Positions 9,805-19,084 of a DNA stretch of 64,000 nt are shown piece by piece. Numbering within the stretch: the first letter of the stretch is position 1; every line of letters starts with the position of its first letter. The notes below the pieces were generated by a model. It did not search any database. It was not told the DNA's origin and worked only from the letters and a program-made list of their open reading frames with translations. The stretch comes from Myxococcota bacterium (GTDB lineage: Bacteria; Myxococcota_A; UBA796; CAJQPC01): contig JAZAMN010000043.1 in assembly GCA_036229005.1 (NCBI GenBank), forward strand, positions 1-64,000, read 5' to 3'. A program made the translations under genes and the position numbers.

Positions 9805-10164
9805 TCAGTCCATCCCGGGGATCTCCATCAGCGGGCGGACCTCGACGGTCCCCTCCTCGCCGATGGGGATGCGGGCGGCGTGGCGGATGGCCTCGTCCAG
9901 GTCCTTGCACTCGAAGATGTAGTAGCCCCCGAGCTGCTCCTTGGTCTCGGCGAAGGGGCCGTCCATGGTCTCGGTGCGGCCGCTGCGGACCTGGACCCGA
10001 GTGGCGGTGGCCGAGGGCTGGAGGGCTGCACCACCCACGAGCACACCGGCCTCCTTGAAGTCGCGGTCGGCGGCGAACCACTGGGCCATGTAGGCGTCGA
10101 ACTCGGGGGTGCCGGGCGCGGGGCCCTCGGTCTCGGGGGCGTAGATCAGCGCGAGGTACTTCAT
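9805..10164 (-). CDS. YCII-related (DGPF) protein
   Basis: MKYLALIY...DGPFAETKEQLGGYY...VEVRP; GGAGAG RBS before ATG at 10164. Confidence 0.92.
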   Translation of the reverse strand: MKYLALIYAPETEGPAPGTPEFDAYMAQWFAADRDFKEAGVLVGGAALQPSATATRVQVRSGRTETMDGPFAETKEQLGGYYIFECKDLDEAIRHAARIPIGEEGTVEVRPLMEIPGMD

Positions 10165-10212
10165 GGTCTCTCCTTGGTGTGAAGGATGGGCCAGCGGCTC
10201 CATCACCGGACA

Positions 10213-10239
10213 GACGTCTGAGGGTCGGGCGGATCGACA
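10213..10239 (-). promoter_or_regulatory. ECF42-type promoter of the DGPF-sigma operon
   Basis: Minus strand TGTCGA-N17-CGTC, matching the -35 TGTCGA / -10 CG(A/T)C pattern I recall for ECF42 targets. Confidence 0.6.
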
Positions 10240-10280
10240 TCGGCCGCGACTTTTTTTCGGAGGACGCCCGAGGGCGCACT

Positions 10281-11165
10281 CTACGCCATCATCTCCTTGA
10301 CCTGAGGGAGCAGGGCGTAGACCTGGGCCATGTCCTCGACGAAGGCGTCCTCGTCGTAGCCCAGCAGGTCCTGGACGCGCTGCTGGAGCTCCCGTCGGCG
10401 CTGCATCCCCAGGCGCGCGGTGCCCAGGACCGCCATGCTGTCCGCCGCGGTCACCACCCTGCGCAGGGCCAGCGACTCCCGGGTCCCGGGGGCCGTCAGA
10501 GGGCGCTCGGTCCCGCAGTGGAAGGCGGCGTCGACGTAGGCCAGGGGCAGCTTCCAGGCGTAGAGGAGCTGGGCGCCCAGGGTGCTCTGGGACATCAGGC
10601 CCAGGTCCCGCTCCGCCTGGGCGTAGTCGACCTGCTTGGAGAGCATGTGCCGCCGGATGATCTCGTCCTCCTCGGGCGCGATGCGCAGGCGCAGGAGCAC
10701 GCCGATGTTGCAGAGCAGGCCGGCGGGCCAGGCCAGACCGGGCTCCAGCAGAGGCTCGTGCTGGCGCTGCATGGCCCGGGTGACCAGGGCGTTGGCGTAG
10801 GCCCCCTTGAGGAAGAGGTCCAGGGACTCCGGCGTGCTGGCGAGCGCCTGGAGGGCCACCTGGGAGATGGCGATGCGCTGCAGCTCTTCGGTGCCGATGC
10901 TGGCCACGGCCTGGACCAGCGTCCGAGGGGGCCGGGACAGCGCATACAGGGGGGATGCCGCGGTCCTGAGCACGATCGCGGCCAGCGCGGGGTCCTCACC
11001 CACCACCTCGGCGGCCTTCCTGAAGGTCAGCGCCGGGTCCCGGAGCGTCCGCTGCAGCTTGACCAGGGCCTGGGGCGCGCTGGGCAGGCTGGGGCCGTCC
11101 TGCTTCCGCAGAGTGCGGTGCAGGGCCCGGCGGTGCTGGGTCGGTGAGACGATCGCTTCGGACAA
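10281..11165 (-). CDS. HDOD domain protein
   Basis: LPSAP, DPALAAIVLRTAASPLY, AGLLCNIG (HD degenerate), LLYAWKLP. Confidence 0.85.
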   Translation of the reverse strand: MSEAIVSPTQHRRALHRTLRKQDGPSLPSAPQALVKLQRTLRDPALTFRKAAEVVGEDPALAAIVLRTAASPLYALSRPPRTLVQAVASIGTEELQRIAISQVALQALASTPESLDLFLKGAYANALVTRAMQRQHEPLLEPGLAWPAGLLCNIGVLLRLRIAPEEDEIIRRHMLSKQVDYAQAERDLGLMSQSTLGAQLLYAWKLPLAYVDAAFHCGTERPLTAPGTRESLALRRVVTAADSMAVLGTARLGMQRRRELQQRVQDLLGYDEDAFVEDMAQVYALLPQVKEMMA

Positions 11166-11229
11166 GGTTGCTCCCGTTCTGATCTTCGGTCACTGATCTC
11201 CCTGTCTTGAGCGTGATAGGGAGCGCCTG

Positions 11230-12606
11230 ATGTCTTCCAAGTCCACGCCCATGATCCTCGGTGCCGGGGCCGCTCTCGTCGGTCTCGTCGCTGCCGCCTG
11301 GCTCCTCGCCGAGCCCGAGCCCGAACCCAACGTCGTCCTGATCGTGCTCGACACGGTCCGCGCGGACCACCTGTCCGCGTGCGGCTACGAACGCGACACC
11401 TCGCCGGTCCTCAAAGGACTCCAAGAGACCCGCGACGCCGAGCTCACCTGCGGGGCGATCTCCCCAGGCTCCTGGACCCTGCCCGCGCACGCCTCCTTCT
11501 TCACCGGGGTGATGCCCGCCGAGCACCGGGCCCACTCGATCTCCAGCGGGATCGACGACTTCTCCGGCAGCGGCAACCGCGGGCGCCCCCTGGACGAGAG
11601 CCTCCCGACCCTGGCCGAAGAGTTCGCCGAGCGCGGCTACCAGACCGGGCTCTTCTCCGCGAACCCCGTCGTGAGCGACGCCGTCGGCCTGACCCGGGGC
11701 TTCCAGGACGCGGACATCGCCGACCGCTTCAGCCGCTACGGCCACACCCGCTTCGTCAAGTCCATCGACCTCTTCCTGGACCACCGGGACCGCAGCGAGC
11801 CGCAGTTCATGGTGATCAACATCGCCGACGCGCACCAGCCGTGGGCCGTCCCCAGCCCGGAGGTCGACTGGTACCGCTACGGCCAGGCGCCGACCTACGA
11901 CACCAAGGACCCCAGCGGTGAGTGGGCCCGCTTCAACAAGGGCGAGCTCGAACCCCTGATGGCCGAGGTGTTCGTCCGCAAGGCCACCGAGGCCTACGAC
12001 TACGGCATCTGGCTCGCCGACCGGAACCTGGGCTACACCCTCGGCCGCCTGGAGGAGCTGGGCTACTGCGAAGAGCGCGGCTGCCGGGTCGTCATCACCT
12101 CCGATCACGGGGAGCTGCTGGGAGAGGAGGGGAGGCTTGACCACGGCCACACGGCTCACCAAGCCAACACCCAGGTGCCCCTCATGGTGGTCAACCTTGG
12201 CCCCGACGAGGTCATCAGCGGCCTGCCCAAGCCCGCGCTCCCGGAGCTGCTCTCCGGCGTCGTGGTGCACGATCTGCTGCTGAACGGGACCCTGCCCGAG
12301 ACCATGCCCCGGGTGGAGCACATCGCCTGGCCCCACGCGCGCCGCTGCGCCAAGGTCGACGGCAAGGCCTTCTGCAACGTGCACGCCGCCCTCTGGACGG
12401 ACGACGGACAGAAGTTCACCTGGGAAGAGGGCCAGGCCCGGGTCGTCGACCTGACCGCCGACCCCCTGGAGAAGAACCCGACCGTGGTCCAGCCGGACCC
12501 CGCGCTCCAGGCACTGGCGGACATCGCCAAGGCCGAGGAGTGGGACGGCTCCGAGCCGGATCAGACGGTCATCGAGATGCTCACTGCCGCGGGGTACCTG
12601 GACTGA
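11230..12606 (+). CDS. Sulfatase-like hydrolase/transferase (alkaline phosphatase superfamily), membrane-anchored
   Basis: PNVVLIVLDTVRADH, SWTLPAHASFFTG, TSDHGE, C-terminal LTAAGYLD. Confidence 0.88.
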   Translation: MSSKSTPMILGAGAALVGLVAAAWLLAEPEPEPNVVLIVLDTVRADHLSACGYERDTSPVLKGLQETRDAELTCGAISPGSWTLPAHASFFTGVMPAEHRAHSISSGIDDFSGSGNRGRPLDESLPTLAEEFAERGYQTGLFSANPVVSDAVGLTRGFQDADIADRFSRYGHTRFVKSIDLFLDHRDRSEPQFMVINIADAHQPWAVPSPEVDWYRYGQAPTYDTKDPSGEWARFNKGELEPLMAEVFVRKATEAYDYGIWLADRNLGYTLGRLEELGYCEERGCRVVITSDHGELLGEEGRLDHGHTAHQANTQVPLMVVNLGPDEVISGLPKPALPELLSGVVVHDLLLNGTLPETMPRVEHIAWPHARRCAKVDGKAFCNVHAALWTDDGQKFTWEEGQARVVDLTADPLEKNPTVVQPDPALQALADIAKAEEWDGSEPDQTVIEMLTAAGYLD

Positions 12607-13934
12607 TGCTCACACTGCTCTCCCTGATCGCATGCACCAAGGACGCCCCCGTGGACACGGGCAGCGTCCCCACCATCCCGGACATCCCCGTGGACGCCTG
12701 CGCGTCCCACGAGTGGCTGGCCACCGACGATCTCGGCGAGCGGGTGCTCTCCTACCGCGAGGACGCCCTCAGCCTGAGCGCCCAGACCGTGAACACTCTG
12801 CTGGAGAGCAACGGCCTCACGGTCATCGAGGCCCAGTACGACGTGTCCACCTACGCCCTGCGCTACACCACGCAGGACCGCGGCGAGAAGGTCGAGGCCA
12901 CCGCCTTCGTCACCTTCCCCGACGGCGTGGAGCCCGGCGCCGAGCTGCCCGTCATCCTGTGGCTGCACCCCACCATGGGCTTCATGGACGACTGCGCGCC
13001 CACCGCGGTCGGCCTGGAGGGCGCCGCCTTCCCGGTGCTCTGGGCCTCCCAGGGCTACATCGTCGTCGCCCCCGACTACCTGGGCATGCGGGGATTCGGA
13101 GAGGGGAGCGAGGAGCTGCACCCCTACATCATCGCGGAGCCCACCGCTGTCGCATCCTTGGATGCGCTGCGCAGCCTGGATGCACTCGTGGCCCAACACG
13201 AGGTCAACGTGGTGCCCGACAAGGACCGCCTGATCCACTGGGGCCCCAGCGAGGGCGGCTTCGCCGCGCTCTGGACCGACCGCTACCAGGAGGCCTACCT
13301 CCCCGAGTACGAGACGGTGGCGGTCATCTCGGCCATCCCGCCCACGGACCTGGAGGCGCTCACGGCTCGGGGGGTCAGCAAGTTCGGCGCCACCACAGGG
13401 GGCGTGGCCGCGGCTCTGACCAGCATGCAGCAGTACTACGATGGTCCCCCCTTGGATCAGGTGCTGCAGCCCGACGTCGCCGCAGCCCTGCCTGGAGAGA
13501 TGGCCGATAGCTGCAGCGACTTCCCGGTGGCGGAGAGCATGGAGTCGATCGAGGAGATCTACACGCCCGAGGGCATCGCCGCTGCCACCAGCGGAGACTG
13601 GACCGGCCTGGAGGCGTGGCAGTGCTACCTGAACCAGGGGACCATCCGCGAGGCCCCCTTCGAGCGCGGCTCAACCGCCCCCGTGTTCGTGGTGCTCGCC
13701 GAAGACGACGACCTGGCCTGGGCGCCGCCCGCGCGCGATGACGTCGTCGCGCTCTGCGAGCAGGGCTACGTCATCGAGTACATGGAGTGCGCTGGGGCCG
13801 GTCATGTGGATGGGGCGGCCAAGAGCCTGCCCCAGCAGCTCGACTTCCTGGACCGCATGGTCAACGGCGGGGAGCCGCTGGATCCCTGTGTGATCCACGA
13901 GCCGGTGGAGTGCGAGCTGGAGGGGATCGACTGA
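12606..13934 (+). CDS. Secretory lipase-like alpha/beta hydrolase lipoprotein
   Basis: TGATG overlap with upstream stop; VVAPDYLG, WGPSEGG nucleophile elbow, GAGH. Confidence 0.82.
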   Translation: MLTLLSLIACTKDAPVDTGSVPTIPDIPVDACASHEWLATDDLGERVLSYREDALSLSAQTVNTLLESNGLTVIEAQYDVSTYALRYTTQDRGEKVEATAFVTFPDGVEPGAELPVILWLHPTMGFMDDCAPTAVGLEGAAFPVLWASQGYIVVAPDYLGMRGFGEGSEELHPYIIAEPTAVASLDALRSLDALVAQHEVNVVPDKDRLIHWGPSEGGFAALWTDRYQEAYLPEYETVAVISAIPPTDLEALTARGVSKFGATTGGVAAALTSMQQYYDGPPLDQVLQPDVAAALPGEMADSCSDFPVAESMESIEEIYTPEGIAAATSGDWTGLEAWQCYLNQGTIREAPFERGSTAPVFVVLAEDDDLAWAPPARDDVVALCEQGYVIEYMECAGAGHVDGAAKSLPQQLDFLDRMVNGGEPLDPCVIHEPVECELEGID

Positions 13935-13948
13935 GCTGGGCCGAGCGG

Positions 13949-15511
13949 TCAGAACCCGGTCCAGAAGGCACATTGGTCGGCTGCATAGGCCTGGACAGTG
14001 GACAGATCCGGTGTTGTGAACACCAGGGACTGAGGACTCTCCGAGCTGTAGGGCGGCCAGTCCGCCCCTGGAGTCCCTGTTCGCGCGAGCTCCGCCCACA
14101 TCGAACCCATCTGCCGACCCAGCGTGAGCTCCCCCTCAGACGGGATGTAGTCGTCGTAGGTGTCCAAGGTACCGAAGAGCAGCGGAAGCTCGAAGCCGTG
14201 AGCTGCACCGAACCACTTGGGGTGGAAGCTGCCCGCGTGGGTTCCGTCGTAGCTGTGGTCGTACACGTAGTGGTACACGGGAGTCCATTGACTTGCCGAC
14301 TCGGCGAACACCTGGGTTGGACAGGTGAACTGGAGGTCGGTGGTCATGGCGACAAGAGCCGCCCGGGGGCTCCCGTATGACGCCACCGGGTAGGCCGCGA
14401 GGATGTCGGTCGCGATCAGTGGAAACCAAGTGTGCACCAATCCTTCGTACGTCTCTTCGGTCAGGCCGAAGGGGATGCCGAAGAGAGGGGAGGAGGTCTC
14501 GTCCGCCGTCACCCCGATGAGCACCGGCACCGGGTGATGGCGACCGGCAGCGAGGGCATCCGCTGGGGACTCGGGCAGGAACACACCGTCGATTGTCGGT
14601 CCGGCCCAAGCGGTCACCAGTCCAGTCGCCGTGCTGGCCCGTTGAACGGCCATCAGCACATCCTCGGCGTCGGCCTCCCGCAAGCAAGCGGCTCTGTCTT
14701 GCGTGTCGCCGCATCCAACAGCATCTGCGACGGTTGACCCCATCTCCAGCATGTCGTCACGCTGGTAGCCGCCGCACCCTCCACTCATGACCCCGGCGCC
14801 GTGAAACAGCCCGTCGGCAGAAGGCGTCGCCAGCAGACCACAGACGTCCGAGGCGCCGCCCGACTCTCCGAACACCAGGACTCTGCTGGGGTCGCCTCCG
14901 AATGCCGCGATGTGGTCCTGAACCCACTGCAGGGCCGCCACCTGGTCTCTCGGCCCATAGTTGCCGGACGGTTCTGCATCATCCAGGCTGGGGTCAGCCA
15001 GATAGCCAAAGGCGTTGAGCCGATACTGCAGGGTGACCACCACCACCTCTTCCTGGGCGGCCAGTGGTCCGCCGTCGTAGAGCAAGGCCCCACTGGAGGT
15101 CTCCTCCACGGCAGAGCCGGTCACGTTCCCTCCTCCGTGGATGAACACCAGGACAGGCGCTCCTTCGGCCGGAACAGCTTGGGGCCGCCACAGGTTCAGG
15201 TACAGGCAGTCTTCGTCCCCGCGAGCCTCTTCGGCGACCGAGTCGTACTGGAGGCAAGGCTGGGGTGCGGTGTCCGCGACCCAGGTAGTCTCCCAGGCTT
15301 GGGGGGGAGCCGGGGCCTGGAAGCGGCGATCTCCGACAGGGGGCGCGGCGAAAGGCAGACCCAAGAACTGGATCGCGCCGTTCTCCTGAGAGAGCCCTTG
15401 CACGCTGCCGAGCGAGAGGACCGCGACCTCGGGGTCGAGGGGCTCCGCGCTGTCGTCAACGCGCCCTTGGGGAGTGGTGGAGCAAGCCAGGCTGCAGAGC
15501 AGTACCAACAT
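13949..15511 (-). CDS. Carboxylesterase type B lipoprotein
   Basis: FLGLPFAAPPVG, EDCLYLNLW, HGGG, FGESGG, AAHGFEL. Confidence 0.93.
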   Translation of the reverse strand: MLVLLCSLACSTTPQGRVDDSAEPLDPEVAVLSLGSVQGLSQENGAIQFLGLPFAAPPVGDRRFQAPAPPQAWETTWVADTAPQPCLQYDSVAEEARGDEDCLYLNLWRPQAVPAEGAPVLVFIHGGGNVTGSAVEETSSGALLYDGGPLAAQEEVVVVTLQYRLNAFGYLADPSLDDAEPSGNYGPRDQVAALQWVQDHIAAFGGDPSRVLVFGESGGASDVCGLLATPSADGLFHGAGVMSGGCGGYQRDDMLEMGSTVADAVGCGDTQDRAACLREADAEDVLMAVQRASTATGLVTAWAGPTIDGVFLPESPADALAAGRHHPVPVLIGVTADETSSPLFGIPFGLTEETYEGLVHTWFPLIATDILAAYPVASYGSPRAALVAMTTDLQFTCPTQVFAESASQWTPVYHYVYDHSYDGTHAGSFHPKWFGAAHGFELPLLFGTLDTYDDYIPSEGELTLGRQMGSMWAELARTGTPGADWPPYSSESPQSLVFTTPDLSTVQAYAADQCAFWTGF

Positions 15512-15598
15512 GGGGTGTCCTTCGTTGTGGCGTTGGACCCCTGGCCCAGTCCACGTCGAAAGACGCGCACGCGCAATGGGAAGATCCAGGCCCCGCCG

Positions 15599-16558
15599 CT
15601 ACCCCAGCAGCCACATCCCCAGCCACAGCCCGGCGGCCGCGGTCACCGGGATGGAGAAGTTGTCGTCCACCCGCCGGCTGTAGAGCTCGGCCAGGGCGGC
15701 GGGGGTGGCGGCCATCAAGCCCAGCACGGGGGCGCGCCAGCCGGTGAGCTCGGGGTGGAAGAGCTCCAGCACGGCCCAGGCGCTCAGGGCGCCGGTGACC
15801 ACAAAGGTCAGGGTGCCCTGGAGGCTGCGGCCGTTGACCAGCTTGATGGAGCCCCAGCGGCGGCCGACGGTGGCGGCGGCAGGGTCCGCCACGGCCAGGA
15901 CGGCGGCGGCGACGGCGCAGAGGGCGGAGTCCCCGGTGAAGGAGAGCAGCAGCAGCGCGCTGACGTACCAGGTGCTGGAGTTGACCCGGTGGGCCTCGTG
16001 GGGGTGGGCGACGCGGGAGAAGACCCACATCAGGGCGCGGTTCCAGGCGGGGCTGTAGCGGCGGCTGATCTCGAACACCCAGGCCATGCCGGCCATGGTG
16101 GCGGCGATGGGGGTGAGCCAGCCGCTGGGGATCAGACCCTCGATGAGGCCGACCACGGCCAGACCGGAGAGCAGGTGGAACACGCTGCGGTAGCTGTTGG
16201 TGGGGCGCAGGCTGGGGACGTGGATGTCCAGCTCGTCCAGGCTGGCGGCCAGGGCCTCGTACTGGGGCTGCACCTTGAGGCGGAAGGCCTGCCACTCGCG
16301 GGCCAGGTCCCGGCCCACCTTGTCGGTGTCGGGGGCCACGGACTCCAGCAGGGCGGCGAGCTCGGCGAGCTGCTGGGCCAGGGCCTGCAGCGCCTGGTCG
16401 GCGTCCAGATCCAGCAGGGCCTGGAGGCGGGCCTGGATGTCGCGGAGGCGGGACTCCAGATCCAGCTCCTCGCTCCAGCGGGCGGGGTCCAGATCCTTGA
16501 GCAGAGCGTGGAGGTCGAGCGCAATGACCTCGCTTTCGCTGGCGAGTGCTGCGGTCAT
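15599..16558 (-). CDS. Phytol/dolichol/diacylglycerol kinase-like (VTE5/SEC59/DGK1) membrane protein with N-terminal helical extension
   Basis: RSVFH, LAVADPAAATVGRRWG, RSLQG, DDNFSIP; multiple TM helices. Confidence 0.8.
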   Translation of the reverse strand: MTAALASESEVIALDLHALLKDLDPARWSEELDLESRLRDIQARLQALLDLDADQALQALAQQLAELAALLESVAPDTDKVGRDLAREWQAFRLKVQPQYEALAASLDELDIHVPSLRPTNSYRSVFHLLSGLAVVGLIEGLIPSGWLTPIAATMAGMAWVFEISRRYSPAWNRALMWVFSRVAHPHEAHRVNSSTWYVSALLLLSFTGDSALCAVAAAVLAVADPAAATVGRRWGSIKLVNGRSLQGTLTFVVTGALSAWAVLELFHPELTGWRAPVLGLMAATPAALAELYSRRVDDNFSIPVTAAAGLWLGMWLLG

Positions 16559-16923
16559 TTTGCTTTCTGCGCGAGCTCCTGGTGGTGGGCCGAGGTCTGC
16601 CCGTGCAGACGATCCACTTCATCGGACATTCGACCCATCAGGGCCAGGGAGTACATCCGGAAGTCCGCGGCCAGCGACCAGAAGGGGTAGGTGAAGGTGG
16701 CCGGCTTGTTCTTCTCGATGAAGAAGTGCCCGGCCCAGGCGAACCCGTAGGAGCTGACCAGCCCGGTGAGCAGGAAGACGGGGTTCACCGTGACCATCAG
16801 GGCCCCGACGTTGAGCAGGGCGAGGGTGGTTCCGATGTAGTGCAGGGTCCGGCAGGTCGGGTCGCGGTGCTCGCCGACGTAGTAGGGCCAGAACTCTTCG
16901 AAGCTCTCAAAGCGCTCGGACAT
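16555..16923 (-). CDS. DUF962 / Mpo1-like membrane protein
   Basis: FEEFWPYYVGEH, RTLHYIG, YGFAWAGHFFIEKNKPATFTYP. Confidence 0.9.
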   Translation of the reverse strand: MSERFESFEEFWPYYVGEHRDPTCRTLHYIGTTLALLNVGALMVTVNPVFLLTGLVSSYGFAWAGHFFIEKNKPATFTYPFWSLAADFRMYSLALMGRMSDEVDRLHGQTSAHHQELAQKAK

Positions 16924-17001
16924 CGCCGCTCCTGGCTGAGAAGACGCGGCAATGTAACGCGGCGGTGACCGGGAGCGGAAGGGCCTGGATCAGGGGCCGC
17001 C

Positions 17002-17871
17002 CTATTGCTGGGCTGCGGGGGCGTTCGCGGGGGTGTAGGCGTAGAAGACCTCGATGCCGTGGACGCCGTCGACCTGGGGCCAGGGATAGCCGTCCACGAC
17101 CTCGCAGAGGCGGCCGGAGGGCGCCCCGTCGACCTCGACCGAGCCGACCAGCACGGAGTCGCCCACGGGGCAGCCCTGTCCGTTGGGGTCGAAGGCCACG
17201 TCGAGGCGCACGCCGTGTACCTTGTCGTCCTTGGGGAGCAGGGGCGCGAGGGCCTGGATCATGCGCCCGTGATCCAATGCCATGCGGCCGGCCTGCTCCT
17301 GCCCGGCGAGCCCGGCCTGTGCCTTCTGCACGGCGACGCCTCGGGTGACGCGGTAGCCGTCCACGCTGAGCTCGGCGCCGCCCTCGCCCAGGGACTGGAG
17401 GGCCCCGCTGCCCCCGAGCAGGCTGTCGACCAGGGCCGCGCCGGTGGTGATTCCCCAGAGCTGCAGGCCCTTCTCGCGGGCGGCGACCCGGGAGGGCGCG
17501 GACTCCTTGCCGCTGCTGGTGCCGCGGCCCTTGGCGTGGAAGGCGGGCAGGGGGGCGCCGTCCACCTGGACCTGGATGAGGAAGTCCACGCTCATGGAGC
17601 CGGGGAGCTCGGTGGCGGAGCGACCCATGCCGATGGTGCGTCCGGGGACCCAGGTGGCCGGGTCGGCGGTCATGGTGACCTTCACGCTGTGGGCGCTGTC
17701 GTCCTGGCCGATGCTGAGGGTGTCGCCCTCCTGCGCGCAGGGGGCCTTGGCCTGCATGACCAGGTTGCAGAGCATCTCGGCGGCGGCGGCGGAGTCGGCC
17801 GCGGGGTCGGCGGGGATCTGCTGGGTGGTGGGGGCGGGCTCGCTGGAGCAGGCGATCAAGAGCAGCAGCAT
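17002..17871 (-). CDS. Hypothetical lipoprotein, paralog of 17879..18730
   Basis: MLLLLIAC; GAGGA RBS; collinear similarity to neighbour. Confidence 0.8.
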   Translation of the reverse strand: MLLLLIACSSEPAPTTQQIPADPAADSAAAAEMLCNLVMQAKAPCAQEGDTLSIGQDDSAHSVKVTMTADPATWVPGRTIGMGRSATELPGSMSVDFLIQVQVDGAPLPAFHAKGRGTSSGKESAPSRVAAREKGLQLWGITTGAALVDSLLGGSGALQSLGEGGAELSVDGYRVTRGVAVQKAQAGLAGQEQAGRMALDHGRMIQALAPLLPKDDKVHGVRLDVAFDPNGQGCPVGDSVLVGSVEVDGAPSGRLCEVVDGYPWPQVDGVHGIEVFYAYTPANAPAAQQ

Positions 17872-17878
17872 CGGGTCC

Positions 17879-18730
17879 TCAGGGGGCAGCGGGGGTGTAG
17901 AAGTACACCACGGAGAGGGTGTGGGTCCCCTCAACGGGCGGGAGCGCCACCGGCTGGAGGGCGGCGCAGAGGCGCTGTTGGGGAGGGGGCAGGTGTACGG
18001 CGCTGTCCGACTGCACCAAGTGCGCGCTCAGCCCCTCTCTGCAGCCCGCTTCGTTGGGGCCGAAGGTCAGGGTGAGCTGCAGGGCCTCGATCCGCGCCGA
18101 GCCCGGGGGGAGCAGCGGCGCGAGGGCGGCGGCGAGCTGGTCGTGGTCCAGGGCCACGCCCTCGGTGGGCTCGGCCTCCATCAGGCTGACCTGGCTGCGC
18201 TGGCGGGTGATGCCCCGGTGGACGCGGTAGCCGGCGACCTGTGCGCTCCAGGCCGCACCCTCCCGCTGGGCGAGGGCCCGCGGGCTGCCCAGGTGGGCGT
18301 CGACCAGAGGGACCGCGGCTTGCTCAATCCAGCGGTCCAGAGCGCCGTCCAGGGCCTCCTCGAATGCGAACTCGGCGTCCATGCCCCACCCGGCGCTCTC
18401 GCCCTCCACCCGCAGGGTCGCGAAGCGCTCGGCGGGATCGCGCACGGTGATGACGTAGTTCAGGTCCACCGCCCCCGGCAGGGTGCGCTCGCTGTCCCCC
18501 ATGCCCAGGCTGCGCCCGGGGCTCCAGATGGCCTCCTGGGCGTCCAGCTCGACCTCCAGGGTGGCGTCCTCCAGCAGGAGCGTGGCGCCCTGACGCTCGC
18601 AGGGAGCGTCGACGGACTGGAAGAGCGCGCAGAGCGCATCGGCGGCGGCCTCCGAGTTCGCGGCGGGGTCGGTGATGTGGCGCTCCGACTCGGGGAAGCG
18701 CTCGCTGCAGGCCATCAGGAGGAAGAGCAT
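17879..18730 (-). CDS. Hypothetical lipoprotein, paralog of 17002..17871
   Basis: MLFLLMAC; shared DPAAxSxAAA, WxPGRxxGMG, GYRVxRG, ALDH, YTPA. Confidence 0.8.
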   Translation of the reverse strand: MLFLLMACSERFPESERHITDPAANSEAAADALCALFQSVDAPCERQGATLLLEDATLEVELDAQEAIWSPGRSLGMGDSERTLPGAVDLNYVITVRDPAERFATLRVEGESAGWGMDAEFAFEEALDGALDRWIEQAAVPLVDAHLGSPRALAQREGAAWSAQVAGYRVHRGITRQRSQVSLMEAEPTEGVALDHDQLAAALAPLLPPGSARIEALQLTLTFGPNEAGCREGLSAHLVQSDSAVHLPPPQQRLCAALQPVALPPVEGTHTLSVVYFYTPAAP

Positions 18731-18780
18731 GCAGGTTGGGACCGCAGGCCGCGCCCCGGGTTCGTCAAGGAGCTGTTGAC

Positions 18781-19071
18781 GCGCGAGTGGTGCTGAACGC
18801 AACAACGGCGTGCGTAAGTGGCAGTGAACGCAACAGCGGCTTGCGCAAGTGGCGATGAATGCAACAACGCTCGGGTGGGTACGGGGCGGCGCTGTGCCAA
18901 GTTCTTGAAATCCCGTTCTGGCCTGGCTGGCGCGGGCGGCCATCCAGGCGGCGTTGTTGCGTTCAGCCGGACTTGCGCAGCGGGGTGTTGCGTTCAGCCG
19001 GACTTGCGCAGCGGGGTGTTGCGTTCAGCCGGACTTGCGCGGCGGGGTGTTGCGTTCAGCCGGACTTGCGC
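18781..19071. repeat. 31-bp-period inverted array, locus A (3 + 4 boxes)
   Basis: GCGCAAGT-N5-TGAACGCAACA variants at 18781, 18812, 18843; reverse complement at 18955, 18986, 19017, 19048; 88-bp core. Confidence 0.93.
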
Positions 19072-19084
19072 AGCGGGCCAACCC

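Noticed and set aside
18955..19071. 31-bp repeats as a CRISPR array
   Set aside because: Units are contiguous, variable parts are only 5-9 nt, the arms are inverted, and no cas genes are present.
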